Part shown: positions 48,801-61,643 of the stretch, one piece after another | Layout: each line of letters starts with the position of its first letter | Numbering within the stretch: position 1 is the first letter of the stretch | From: Lingula anatina | Lineage: Eukaryota; Animalia; Brachiopoda | Direction of reading: 5' to 3' | DNA: 64,000 bases | NCBI GenBank assembly: GCA_051362555.1 | Contig: CM120647.1 | Location: forward strand, 1,736,001 to 1,800,000 | Made by a program: the position numbers and the translations under genes | Notes under the pieces: generated by a model | The model's database searches: none | Seen by the model: the letters and a program-made list of their open reading frames with translations, nothing else | Told to the model about the DNA's origin: nothing

Positions 48801-51147
48801 ACCAACAACTACTACACCGACAACTACGACTACACCAACAACTACTACACCGACAACTACAACTACACCGACAACTACGACTACACCAACAACTACTACA
48901 CCGACAACTACGACTACACCGACAACTACGACTACACCAACAACAACCACGTTGACAACAACGACTACACCAACAACTACGACTACACCAACAACTACTA
49001 CACAGACAACTACGACTACACCAACAACTACCACACCGACAACTACGACTACACCAACAACTACCACACCAACAACTACGACTACACCGACAACTACAAC
49101 ACTGACAACAACAACATCAACAACAACAACTACAACTACACCAACAAGTACTACAACACCAACTACAACTACCACACCAACCACAAGTACACCACCATGG
49201 CAAGACTCCACACTTCCAGGTAATAAGGTCATAATTTTTTCTCATTTTCTTCTATTGTTTGAATCAAATTAAATTAAATGTAAATTAATTTTAAGCAAGT
49301 GATCCACAGTTTGAGTTCAACCAGAATTTCAATTCCAGATTTTACCGTTTTCCCAATACTAGGAAAACAGTTAATCATATAAAGATTGCCGAACGGTAAT
49401 TGGCCGTTTGAAAAACGTCACTTGAAAGATTCAGTAACAATCTCTGTAAAGGTAAAAAAGAAAAAACACTTATATATAAATGCAACTAAATTGTGATTAA
49501 GGAGTGGTATCATATACAGAAAATGATGTTTAACCTGACCCCCTTCTCTAGGACTCAAACATTAATTGAATATTGAATTGAATAAGTTTTCAATTTAAAC
49601 GTTTTTACTTTAAAGGTTTTCACTTTAAGTAATATACTGCTAAAGTATCTGACATAGAGCGGCGTATTGTTTCAGCGTGTCAGTGGGGTTCCTGGTCGGC
49701 GTGTGACGTCAGATGTGGGGGCGGGGTCAAAGTCCGGATGCGGGACAACTGCTGCAGCACCTGTGAGCCCAACATTGCCGTGCAGTCGTGTAGTCACGAG
49801 CCTTGTCCAGGTAGGTGAGGGGGTGTCCTGGTAGGTGAGAGGGGTGTCCATGGAAGTGGGCGGGTGTCCAGGTAGGTGAGGGTTCATTAATATAAGTTGC
49901 CTTTGCTCTAATTCTAATACAGAAGTCGATGCTTTGAACATGAACATGAATTCAATAAGATGTTGACATAAATCATAAAAAGATGTTTTCATAAAAATAA
50001 AATTTTCCATTGTTAACACTGGTGTTGTCTTCTCCCCAGTGGACGGCGGCTGGACGTCGTGGTCAGTGTACGGACCGTGCACTAAGACGTGTGGAGAGGG
50101 AGTACAGGTGCGCAGCAGGATCTGCGGGGATCCTCCCATACAGGGCAAGGGACGACCCTGCCCAGGACCCGCCGCGGAATTCAGGGAATGCATCGAAAAA
50201 CAGTGTCCTGGTATCTTTGCTTGCATTCAATACATTTATGTCCTCATACTGTAGTATGGAAGAAAAAACATTTAATAATTGGCCTCACTTCAGCTATAGT
50301 ATGATAAAGACCATCAGTCATAAATCAGGGTCTTATTGGAAAACAGGGTTAAAATTTAATGGTGAAGCAACGTATTATAAGAGTAAGTGGTGGTTTATAT
50401 ATGTTCTCAATTTTTCTGTGAAAAGGAAACGGGAGATTTTAAAGTGACAATGATGCTATGCTGACGATGGCGAATCTTAAATTTCAGTGGACGGACAGTG
50501 GGGGAGCTGGTGCTGCACGTGGTCTGATTGCAGCGCCACCTGCGGGGGTGGTCGCCGGTCACGTGTTCGGGACTGTAACAACCCTGCGCCATCTAACGGC
50601 GGGAAGAACTGTACTGGCAAAAACACACAAGAAGAAGAGTGCAATACACAGCCGTGTCCAGGTACGTGTGAAGCGTAGCTTTTATCTTCTCTTTCATTAC
50701 ATATAAGAATGCACCTATAATATTGAGACATTTAATATTATTAGATTGTACGTGTTCAGCAATAATCTCTTATATATTAAAATATTCTAATATTTGAATT
50801 AATAAAAAGACTAATACAATTGTTTGGAGACAGTAGGCCATAATACTTACCGATTCAAACAGAAAAATAACATTTTTTAATTATTTCACGAATATTCAAT
50901 ATAATTACCGTTTACGTATTTCACTTCTCGGGGGACTGTTTCCCCGAAATGAATTTTTAAAACAGATTGTTTGTTTCAGCAGTTCGCGGGGGGTGGACCA
51001 TGTGGTCAGAGTGGTCGCCATGCAACAAGGTCACGTGTCAAGTCACACGCTCACGTTCCTGCAAGAAGCCTAGTCCCGCAAATGGCGGGGAGCAATGCAC
51101 TGGACCTAAAGAACAATCTAGAAATTGTTTGTTGATTTGCTGTGTAG
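45587..51147 (+). CDS. Gene D: secreted VWA + Thr/Pro mucin-like stalk + 4xTSP1 protein (last exon uncertain; candidate 51635-51693)
   Basis: Exons 45587-45680 (MAWWVSWIAFTFVFLPHVCG, signal peptide); 46093-46309 (DSSES, MIDAS); 47281-47438; 47844-48041; 48590-49219 (PTTTT repeats); TSP1 exons 49676-49810, 50040-50210, 50488-50661, 50980-51147. All are phase-compatible. Confidence 0.9.
46371..46640. mobile_element. MITE family copy 3
   Basis: cagtggcggatttaggggg ... ccctggatccaccct. Internal sequence shared with 31963-32261. Confidence 0.7.
48620..49195 (+). repeat. Coding 15/18-bp tandem repeat encoding PTTTT/PTTTTT (mucin-like)
   Basis: ORF 48583-49272. The repeat lies within an exon bounded by ttttgacag and ccag|gtaat. 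Confidence 0.95.
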
Positions 51148-51664
51148 GTAAGTTAATATTACAATACATTTGGTAAGCTATCCTTAATAAAAAAATACAC
51201 AATTATTTAATTATCGATTGATTTTTTTTATTAAAACCACAATTGTTTTGTGTAATGATACTCCATCCGTCCGTCTAAATACGACCATGGCCTACACATC
51301 ATGAATACTGCTCTAATATGTATGAATATATAAGTTAGCTAGAATACTGCGAATATAATTCTTTAATGTGGAAACAAATATATATTTCATATATAATTAA
51401 CATTAATTAGTTATTTTTATAGCATATGTTTATTTTGTGAAACAATTTCCGTCCGTGTATGCTCAACACATAGTACTGCTCCTCTGGGGCCAGCATAGTA
51501 CGTTGAAAATGTGTCTACCAACCAATGGTAGTAGTAACTGTACAGTAGGGAAACAAACAGAGATGATGTTCTGCAAGTTCTGCCTGGATGTTTTCCATAA
51601 AGGTATCTCCACCCTAGCACTGTCTCTATTTCAGATGGTCTTATAGAGAAGCTGGGCCTGGAAG

Positions 51665-51750
51665 TGACGTCATACAACTGGTATAAATGTTGACGTCATA
51701 CAACTGGTATAAATGTTGACGTCATACAACTGGTATAAATGTTGACGGCA
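51665..51750. repeat. 26-bp tandem repeat x3 (tgacgtcatacaactggtataaatgt)
   Basis: Units start at 51665, 51691 and 51717, with a partial unit at 51743. Confidence 0.95.
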
Positions 51751-53249
51751 ACCATTCCATCTCCTTTCCCTGATCCAAACAACGAATGTGGACGATGTTG
51801 TTTTGTTCCGTAACATCCTTGTTCGGGGATAGACCATCTTCATTTCTTATTATCACTGGTCCTGGGGACCGAGCTTGTCAGATGTGAATCGCGTGAGCCG
51901 ACTGCCTATAGTTACCGCAAAAGGTCCGTGAAAGACGAGGGCAAGGCGCTATGAACGGGGCACCCTGCCAAGGTACCACAGCGTTGCCAGATTTTCAAAT
52001 CTCCGTTGGGGTCGAAATTGTCGAAAGGACCCAACATGATGGTAGATGCTGATCATGAAACAACAGAACGAGCCACTTGTTTCTTACATCCTCGCAGCAT
52101 TTAACAAATCGTTATGTATTTCTTTATTTAGCATACTGATATTTCTCACGCCATATTTAGATCTTAAAGCTGTAACATTATATCCCCTGATGAAAATATT
52201 TCAGATGCATTAAAAAGAGATTATCATATCAATAAGACGTTACAAGGCAGACGAAAAAAAAACGTAGAAATTATAAAGGAAACACTCTCACAGTCTATCT
52301 CTTCGATGGGAGTTCGATAATCAAAACACTGGTAAATAAAAAGATATTGCACTCACACATTGTAAAAAAGTACACAAAGGTCATATGTATAGTTTGGACA
52401 AAACAGTCATACAGCTTAAACTGAACCTTAAACGCAAACCGGTTTGCTGTATTCTTATCTATTCTATTTTTTTCCTATCTTTTTTTTCTAAAAGAGGCGA
52501 AGTTAAAGCAGTATACACTGGAAAAACCAAGAGCATTGACCTTTTGAAATGGTGATTCTATGAATTCTCACTGTTATGTTGTGTCAGCATCAGCACGCTT
52601 AGTGGTTTACGCCACGTCATAACGGAAGGCATTACATTACGTGGAACATACAGACGAGATGTTTTGATGAATCAGTTTCTTTAAGTTTACATAAGTGACA
52701 TATTTGTTATAAAGCAATATGACATATTTATACATAACCAGTAATGCCCTAAAACAACGACCTATTTAAGTGCCTGTAATTAATGTGTTATTCAAAAAAA
52801 TTTTTTTTTTGTTATTGCAGTTTGAACTAAGATGGATTTTTTATTTCCCACCCAAGTGGCAAGTTGTCAAAACAACACTAAGATAGCACAGCTACATTCC
52901 AGTAATTTTGGTTTGTTGCAGTATTTCTATTCACCATGCATATCTTCAACATGAAACCGATGATTTATTTAAGTACGGAATCAATGTTCTTCAGCTTTTT
53001 CAACGATTTTTTCTTTATGTTTTTGCCAATAATGTTAGTGATTATTTGAGCTTATGAAAGTGACTCAAACAGCAGAGAGAGACAAGAGCAAATTTATACT
53101 TGTAATGAAGATGCTATTCCAGCAAACGAAATATTTTCTACAGATGATTAATCTCAAATATTATTTTGAATTTAGAGATTATTGCTCATGATTAAAGTTG
53201 ATCTATGTATTAAGGCAAGGCAATTGGCATTAGTAGTGGCTTTACTTAA

Positions 53250-53585
53250 AGGGATAATAACTCTTCGTATGAGATCTATATTTCACAATAAAAACATTGT
53301 GAATAACTCATAGAAATATATTATATTCTGTTTTATCAAAAAACGGCAGTTATAGATATTATTCTGATATCTGAGCTTGTCTTTAGACCACGTGACCTCC
53401 ATTGATGGCTATAATCTGTTAAAATCTCTTAAGAGATTTTAACAAAAAACCAAACTTTTTAGAAAAAAACCAGGGACTAACTTTGAATGTAAAAATGGAT
53501 TCATTAACCATTGGTAAGTATGGGAAAATTGTTGTTTGCTCCAGGAAAATTCATTTTTTGACCGAAACGAAGAGTTATTATCCCT
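53250..53585. mobile_element. Kolobok-like MITE with TTAA target-site duplication
   Basis: ttaa|agggataataactcttcgt ... acgaagagttattatccct|ttaa: perfect 19-bp inverted repeats with RR termini. Confidence 0.85.
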
Positions 53586-54648
53586 TTAAAAGAAGTATAC
53601 GTAAACGATATAGTGCTTACTTTACCGTAGTGATTATAAAATTTCACAACAAAATCAAGGGCCGAAAGAACTTTTTTTAGAACCACAGATTCATTCATAT
53701 TACAAAGTGAGGTAATAACTATAATAATTCTGACAATTTCATTTAAGTTCTTGTACCTGCAGACTACTCTAAATCATTGGCATGGCTTGACAAGTATAAA
53801 CATTATGATAAATAAAAATGTTATTTTGGAACGAGTTATCCCATTGTTACTTTTCACAGTTTTTTAAACACAGAAAATTACTAAAGAGCGAATATTATGC
53901 AATTTTGTGCATTAAACATGCTAATGCACTTTTCTATATTCAGTTCGATCCATTTGATCACGATGCAGATTAATTTTAATCCAAACTGAATTTGACTTGA
54001 TTTGCTACATGTGTCTATAATTAACATAGTGCATTGATCTTTGCGAGTGAACTTTTAGTATAAGAAGTGTGTGTACTATAACAACATTTTAGTGACTTTA
54101 TGATTCATTCTTCCTTATTGTTACTTCAATGATTTCAGACACTAATCTATGTATCATTATTATTATTGAGAGTGTGCGAGATGCGTGGAATTAACATGAC
54201 ACTTAAGTCCTGACAAATATTATGATTTTTTAAAAATTACTATGTACTTTGATATATAATGAGCATTTTATTGTGTGTTAACCATGATCATTATTATTAG
54301 CATGCTGTATTTTAATTACTTTACAATACTTTTGCATTTTAATAACATATTGCATATTGTGTATTTTAAAAATATTAAATGCGTGAAGTGTTATAATTAT
54401 AAATACATTTGGTTTATCAATCTTATGATTGTTGGTCGATATTTGAACAGATGATTATTGTTATATGAACAGTGTATTTTACTTTTGTTAATGATGATGA
54501 CATGGAAGTGATTAAATGCATTAAGGAAGATTCTTACATTTTGCGACTTACTTATTCATCAGTATTTAATGAATTCGTGGATTGAATTTAATATAAATAA
54601 GTGTTTCTCTTATAGTCATCACAAAGGAGGGCAACAATGTGAACAAAT

Positions 54649-57414
54649 ATGAAGATGAACAAGTACTTCGTCATGAATGATGCCCTGGTCGCAACGTTGT
54701 GGTGAATGCTGTTCATTGGACAGGGAGCGATCGGCCCTATTGTCTCATGTAGTGCATTCCTACTATGTCTTAAATGACAACCGAAAGAGAAAACGGTATA
54801 AAAAATTTGTTAGAGCCATAATAAGAGAGCAACAGGTTTAAATATCCGCATGAGAAAACAAACAAAAAGTATCTGTGGGCCACACATTAAAAGGTGTAAA
54901 TTCCAATACGAAATATATCCACGAACAATTGTTTTTTCCTAAAAAGTTATTGTACATTGTACCACCAGCGTAGGCGATGGCGGTACACATGGTTTTAGTC
55001 CTGACCCGCCTGTTCCGCCGGTGTGACGGAACTGAGAGTCTTGTGTGATACAGAGTCCGGGACTGTCAGATTCAGAAACCAGGGGTCCGGAGGAGGACCT
55101 CTGATTTCTGAATCTGACTGTCTGCTTTGAAATACAGGGTCGCTCCGGACCCTAAGTAATCTTAATATAGAGTGAACCCCGGACTCTCTGTTATACCGGA
55201 CCCTACTTTCCGATACAGCTATGGCGAAACAGAGAGTCCGGAAGTCCGATAATAAATGAGAATATAATGTATTTCTGTCTTCTAGTTGTATGTTATGCGT
55301 GGCTATAGGTAAAAAAATAAGCTTAAACTATTAAGCCGATGAATTTCTGGGTGGTTGGCACAGCGACCTCATGGACAAGTGGAACAGCGTCAGGCACTAA
55401 TGACCAATGTAAGTAAAGTAAATGTTGCCCTTGTGTTTCGTGTTCGAGCCCTATACCTCCTAAATTATTATTATAATATATTTGTTTCGTTACCAGTGCA
55501 ATTTTACAATTTTTCGTAATAAAACCATCACATTTTTCTTTAAACTCACACTGACAACGGAACGAATGTTGATAATGGGAAAGTCGATTTTACCAAAGGT
55601 ATGGTGAAAATGAAAACTTTTATAACGCAGTAGATTGATGGTAATATCACAGCAAAAATACCCTTAACCGAAATGGCATAGGCAAATAATTGTAACTGAA
55701 AACATGTCATCGAGCACGTGTATATTTACCCCCGAGCACGCCGTTATCTTTTGCCTGAAGTCACGATGGACATAGGAGCTGTTCGAAGATACATATCTAC
55801 GAATTGGAAGTTATCAAGCAGGCACCTTAACTAATGCTAAACGTAGCATAAGAAGAGCTACTGTTAATCATTATAAAGTAGTTTTATGTATTCCATCTAC
55901 CAATACTATGTTCTGTTAAAGATAAAGAACATTTTATTAAAGCTGCAATAAGCCCGTATATCTGTTGTTTGATATTAAATATATTGTACACATTGCATGA
56001 GGTAAAGTTTGCACATGGTCTCCTTTTGCAGCTTGAAGAGGGTATTTTGTACTATCGAAGAGAAATAACGACAACTAATAAAGAAGATGGTAAAAAATAA
56101 CTGTGTGGGGAGAGTGGAGAAAATTAGTAGAAAATGAGGAAGGAATGACCACCATAATACAACAGCTGCACGATGAAAGTATGTTAAAATCGATTTACAA
56201 TACATAAATGTTAATTTTTTACTTATGTCTGACACAAGATCGTGTCAAACCCTGAATTGCCCTAAATTCAAAATGCATATTTCCTAAAAGAATGTTTGAA
56301 ATATTTCTTTCTATAACAGGGGGTGCTGCACAACGTTACCTAGGATCATACGTGGTAGTGGGAAAGGATACAACGAAGGGGACTTACATGTGGCCAGACA
56401 AATGTGGCGGGAAACTTAAGACCCCTGTAAGTGTTGCTTTCTTTCTTTGTATTTTTGTATTTACGGATGGAAAAAGTAAACAATAAGTAAAAAAAAAAAT
56501 ACAAAGAAAGAACACGCTTGCGGTAGAAGGGTTTTGCGAAGTTTTTTTTTTTTTAATTAAGCTGTGTATGTTAGTTACCAGGTAGTCATAGTTTCTTCTA
56601 GTTTTTTTCATTTTTTAACCTTTTTAGATTTTCTTTCTTAACTATATCATTGTTACGGTTATCACTCTAAATTACCTTATCTTTTCACCACTACATGTAT
56701 TGAGGTTTTTATTTCATTGTTATATTATACTGAGTAAAATCATAATATAAAGAGGATTTATCATTTATCACTGCAACAGTTTGATAATTTCCATGCGATC
56801 TATGAGGCTGCAGTAGTTATATGCTTACCAGGGCATGGCTGTGTGTTACACATCTCCTCTTCAATATCGCTTCCAACACAAACTGCGCCGCCATTGGCTG
56901 GAGCGGAAGTCGTATAGGGGTAGGGGATTTTGCCAATAGAGGGCTTCGTGTGAAAACTAGTTATTTTTCATACCACTTGGTGCGCTGTATTCACACTCAC
57001 AAAATGTTGACGTATGTCGTTTTAAGAGATAGTATATGTAAACCGTAACAATCACAAATATGTTGAAGCAGCAGCGTTAGAGGTAGCAGGTTTGTTATTA
57101 TTTACAAGCATTTTCAATTGATTATTTTTAAATAAATGTTTTATAAATGTTCAGACAGAATGTTGCCTTTATTTATAATAACCTTTTCAAAATCCCATGT
57201 TTTTGATTTGTAATATTTAGCCCGTTTAACCTCAATAAGTTTAAGTGTTTTTATTTATTTATTTACATATGTATTACTATAATTTATTCATTTGTTTATT
57301 TATTATTATTATTATTATTGTTGTTGTTTATTTATTTATTTATTTATCTTTTTTTTTTTTAGAATCGGAATCGGGCCAGTGAACTTCTGGGCCTGGGTGG
57401 TATTTGGCAAGTGA
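54649..57414 (+). pseudogene. Probable multi-exon pseudogene of an unidentified, possibly secreted protein
   Basis: Candidate exons 54649-54748, 55286-55408, 56320-56426, 56780-56919 and 57363-57414 join in compatible phases (1,1,0,2). The spliced frame has stops at 54703, 55306, 55318, 55324 and 56915. Confidence 0.45.
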
Positions 57415-59188
57415 GATGAAGAAAAATATAATAATTGTTTTATAAGCACTGTTAAAAAAGACTTTCTGGCATAGATTGCATGAAACTGGAAAACTAGCAA
57501 CTTAATCACCTTAATCTTTTGCATTCATTAAAGTGCAAAATAATGTATTTGGTTTTGTTCTAAATTTGGCCCATAAGTATAAATAATACATGTAGTATAT
57601 ATATAAATATCAGCACTTTATGTTTTACATATCTAACTTAAGGATTTTCTCGTTATCAGTAATATTTTATATATTAATTTATTATTCATGTTTCCCTTTC
57701 GATTAATATTTAAATTTCTGAGACATTTTAGCATAGATTTATATATATAAGTGAATAAAATTACTAATGTTAAGCACTTTGTGTGTATGTACTTGATCAC
57801 AGACAAATAGGAACGATTCTAGTATGTGTCAAAATTATCTTGAAAAAAAGGAACTATGATTAGGATTTAATGCTTTATAATATTAAATTATTTTTTATAG
57901 TATTTAAAAGATAATTTAAAACCAAATTCACATAGCTGTGGCACTGCCACAATTTATGTTTATGAGACCTTGGGCCTGGAGGGTCCATACATTTATAAAT
58001 GTGTTGTAAAGATAACATGTTTCAGGATTTTGACTTTCAAATTGGCAACAGAGGAAGGAGGGGGGGAGCTCATCGTCCTGAGGTGGCACTACACCTACAT
58101 ACTTGTGCATGCAGTTAATTAATTTTATTCATTCCAACATATGTTAAAGGGCAAAGCAATCCACATCATAATAATATGATCCATTCTTACCAAGACAAAT
58201 GTTCAAAGCAAATATATAGTGGTATGCTCAGATACTAAATTTACTACTTTTAAAATGTACATGCACTTTTGTCTCATTTTAGTCTTAGCTACCTAGCAGT
58301 CTCTTAGGACTAAATTTGTTTAATCAAAATCAGGGACTCGATTGATTTATGTTTGATAAAACTGCTGTTTGCACACCTTTGCGTTGGATGGTATATCATG
58401 ATCTATATATTGCCCCTTTAATTCAACTAATAAATGATAATTAAAATGATTCTGAAGTAAATTTGAATCAAATTAAAAGTAATGAAAATAAGAAGAAGAA
58501 AGCAAAAATGTAATATGCAAGTAAACATATTAAAGCTACATAATTAATTATTCATATTAAGAGCCTGTAACTTGAAGTTTTATAAGTGAATAATTGTTCA
58601 CTGTGTACTGTTTTAAGTGCTGTACATATATAATCCACCGAGCTTAAACCTTTGAAAGATTGGGTAGAGAGTTTTGCACATGCATGCTCGCTTTTAAGCA
58701 ATGTCATTGGTAACTAAATAATAGCAAAAAGTACAAAACTGTAGTACCAAAACACTTGAAATATATTTATTCACACAAACCTTACTGTACTTTTAGCAGA
58801 ACCATGTCACCCACAGAAAAAGTAGTTTGAAAAAAAAAGAAAGAAAGAAAAAGATGTAGTTTATATAAGGGAGTTTAAATAAATCTCCATTTTTGCTTAT
58901 GTACACATGCTTACTAGATCCTATATATATATATATGTATAATAATATGGAATAATTGCTTGACCTTCACAGATGACTAACCTCTGATAATCTCTTACGA
59001 GATGGGGGAAACTCTCTAAATTATTTGTTGTCTTGGGTGGAAATAAATAAAATGATATATGATAAAAAATGATGCACAAAATAGCTAACTGTCAATTCTG
59101 AAGCAAAATATATTATAATTGTCAATATCATGTTTCAATTGTACAAAACAGGTAGAATGAATATAAGTCAAATGTGTAACTAACATAA

Positions 59189-59960
59189 GGCTTCAGGCCC
59201 ATAAAAGTTCAAGTTCATTATCTGAAAATGGCGGAAATAGAAAATGAAAATTTCATACATTCAAGAAAAAAAATAACCCAATCAAGATGTTTTTCCAAAA
59301 TGAATAAATGATAATAACCCAATCAAGATGTTTTCCCAATTTGACCTGCATGTCAATCCATTCTTGTAAGTTACAAAATACTAAGTAACACAGTTTTTCT
59401 TTAATAACATTTGTGGTGGCAGTGCACGTAGTAGGTTTTTTGACAATTTTGATGCAATATTACATAATGATTAACAGCATAATCAACACCAACTTATAAA
59501 ATATAACTATCATTCGAATTTATGCCTGTTGGAGTTCTAAGTCCCACAGTGAAAATGCCAATATGTCAAAAATCTAATTTCGCAAAAAAAGAAAGAAAAA
59601 ACTGTATAACTTCCACAACAAATAACCAATAAGCTTGGTTTTAAAATTGAAGCTGTAGCTGTTTAGTCCTATGTTACTTTTCTGTAAGTTTGAGAAATGT
59701 AAAGGACATGGTTTTTCTTTAATGGTCACTATTGTGGCAGTGCCCAAAATAGGGTTTTCTTCACTTTTGATGCAATATTACATAATGCTTAACAGTATCA
59801 TGACCATCAATTTTTAATATAATAAAAGTAGCATGGATTTTTAGAAAATGTGTCCTGCAGAGGCCTTCAGGCCTATGGAAGTTCAAAGCTACACCTTGAA
59901 AATGTCAATATGTTAACAATGTTACTTCACAAAAGAAAACTGCATAACATCAGAAAATTA
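59189..59960. repeat. Diverged tandem repeat, period about 330 bp, 2-3 units (probably internal to an old transposon)
   Basis: ttttgatgcaatattacataatg at about 59447 and 59765. ttcaggcc...agttc...tgaaaatg at about 59192, 59525 and 59866. Confidence 0.7.
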
Positions 59961-61643
59961 ACCAATCTGTGTCTGTACATAACAAAACTGTCGCAAGTGT
60001 TGCACTATTCAAAAGTTAATTTAATCTTCTGCCCAACAGGCATGACTTTGAATTGTCTCTTGTCTGCAACTACTGAAAATCAAGAAAAAGATATTGTTAG
60101 TTATTAGTATTAATCATCAAACCATAGGTGACATGGTGACATTTCCAAACAGACAGGAAAACGTGACCCCTTCTATTTCGAAAGAGTCCAGGAATTTTAA
60201 GTATCAAAAACTGTGAGATACTTAAAGGCTTTCTTTGGGCTTTGTCAAACTTTTAAGCAATTTAATGAATTTGCCAACTAAATCCATAAATTTAGATAGT
60301 AATTCATGTCTTTAAAATAAATAAAATATATTGATGCCCATTACGTCTTTCTTAGAATTAAATTTTTACTATTTTATATGTAACATCCAACTCTTACTAG
60401 TAAATTAATATCATAATTCTCATTATTAGTATTATTTTAACAAAGTAAAATTCCATAATCATACCAATATTTCTTAAAATCAGTGTGGCTACATTTATTC
60501 TGAGTGCTAAAAAGTCCGGCTGGGAGATCCTTGGGGTTTTGCTTAGGCCATATTTCAATAGGTGCTCCACTGCCTGAATAAAAATTAATAATGATAACAA
60601 AATTATTATTAATATACTAAGAAAAAAGAAAGGAAAATCCCACAATATTTTATGTATATACACAAATATGTCTATACAAAGTTAATTTTGTTGTTCAAAA
60701 CATAACAGATTACTGTCTGCGCTGTCCATAAATTGTTTAAAAATTCACATGAGGTGTTTATATTTTTGCTCAGCGTATATTAACATGGTCTGGTTACATT
60801 GAATAGTGCCTAACCTTGCTGGGGAGTTAAGTAATAAAATTAATTATTTTTTGCCCTATAAATGTTTCACTTGGGAACTCTTCATAGGTGTACAAGTTTA
60901 GAACTTATATTAAAATGTATGCTTCCTAGGTAACTTAACTCACATGTATGCACCAAAGACCACAAGTGTATCCATCTTATTGTTTGTCGTGGTCAATGGT
61001 CACATACTGACACATGATGTCTTTTATTCTTGAGAAGTTGCTGAAAATACATTACAAGAAAAAATATACCTCTTAACCAAGCATAATATTGAATTGTCTA
61101 AACCTTGCACACATAATTAACATAATTTATTATTAATACTAAACAACATACATATAATCATTTTTTTACATGACGAGACTGAATTAATATTAGACCATTA
61201 ATATTCAACTACCCCCAGTTTCTTGTGACGACTTCTTTTTCCTGTCTTGTCTCTCCCAGTGAATTAAAAAACGTGAATTTACTGGCACCTTCCTTTCTTT
61301 CATAATACTATAGACACAAGTGAAAAAAAGCTCCAGTCATTAAAATATGTCTACAAAATTTCACAAAATACAACAATTGATGTTGGTATGGAGAAATACT
61401 CAAGTGACGGATCTAATACAGAGGACTAAAATTCTCCAAATCATGTCTTTTGACTTATTTTAATACACAAATACATTTTTTGGTAAAACATGATAATTAG
61501 ATATTATATAGATTTGTAATTGCCTAATGTCAAGCATTTCTTATAGCAGAGTTACATTTATCGCAGATATAAGCTGCCTATATTTGTAAAAACAACCTTA
61601 ATCCAAAATTTCAATCTAAGAGAGTCCCATGTAAGGGTTGAAT

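Noticed and set aside
48519-49232. 237-aa poly-Val ORF on the minus strand
   Set aside because: Antisense of the Thr-rich exon of gene D.
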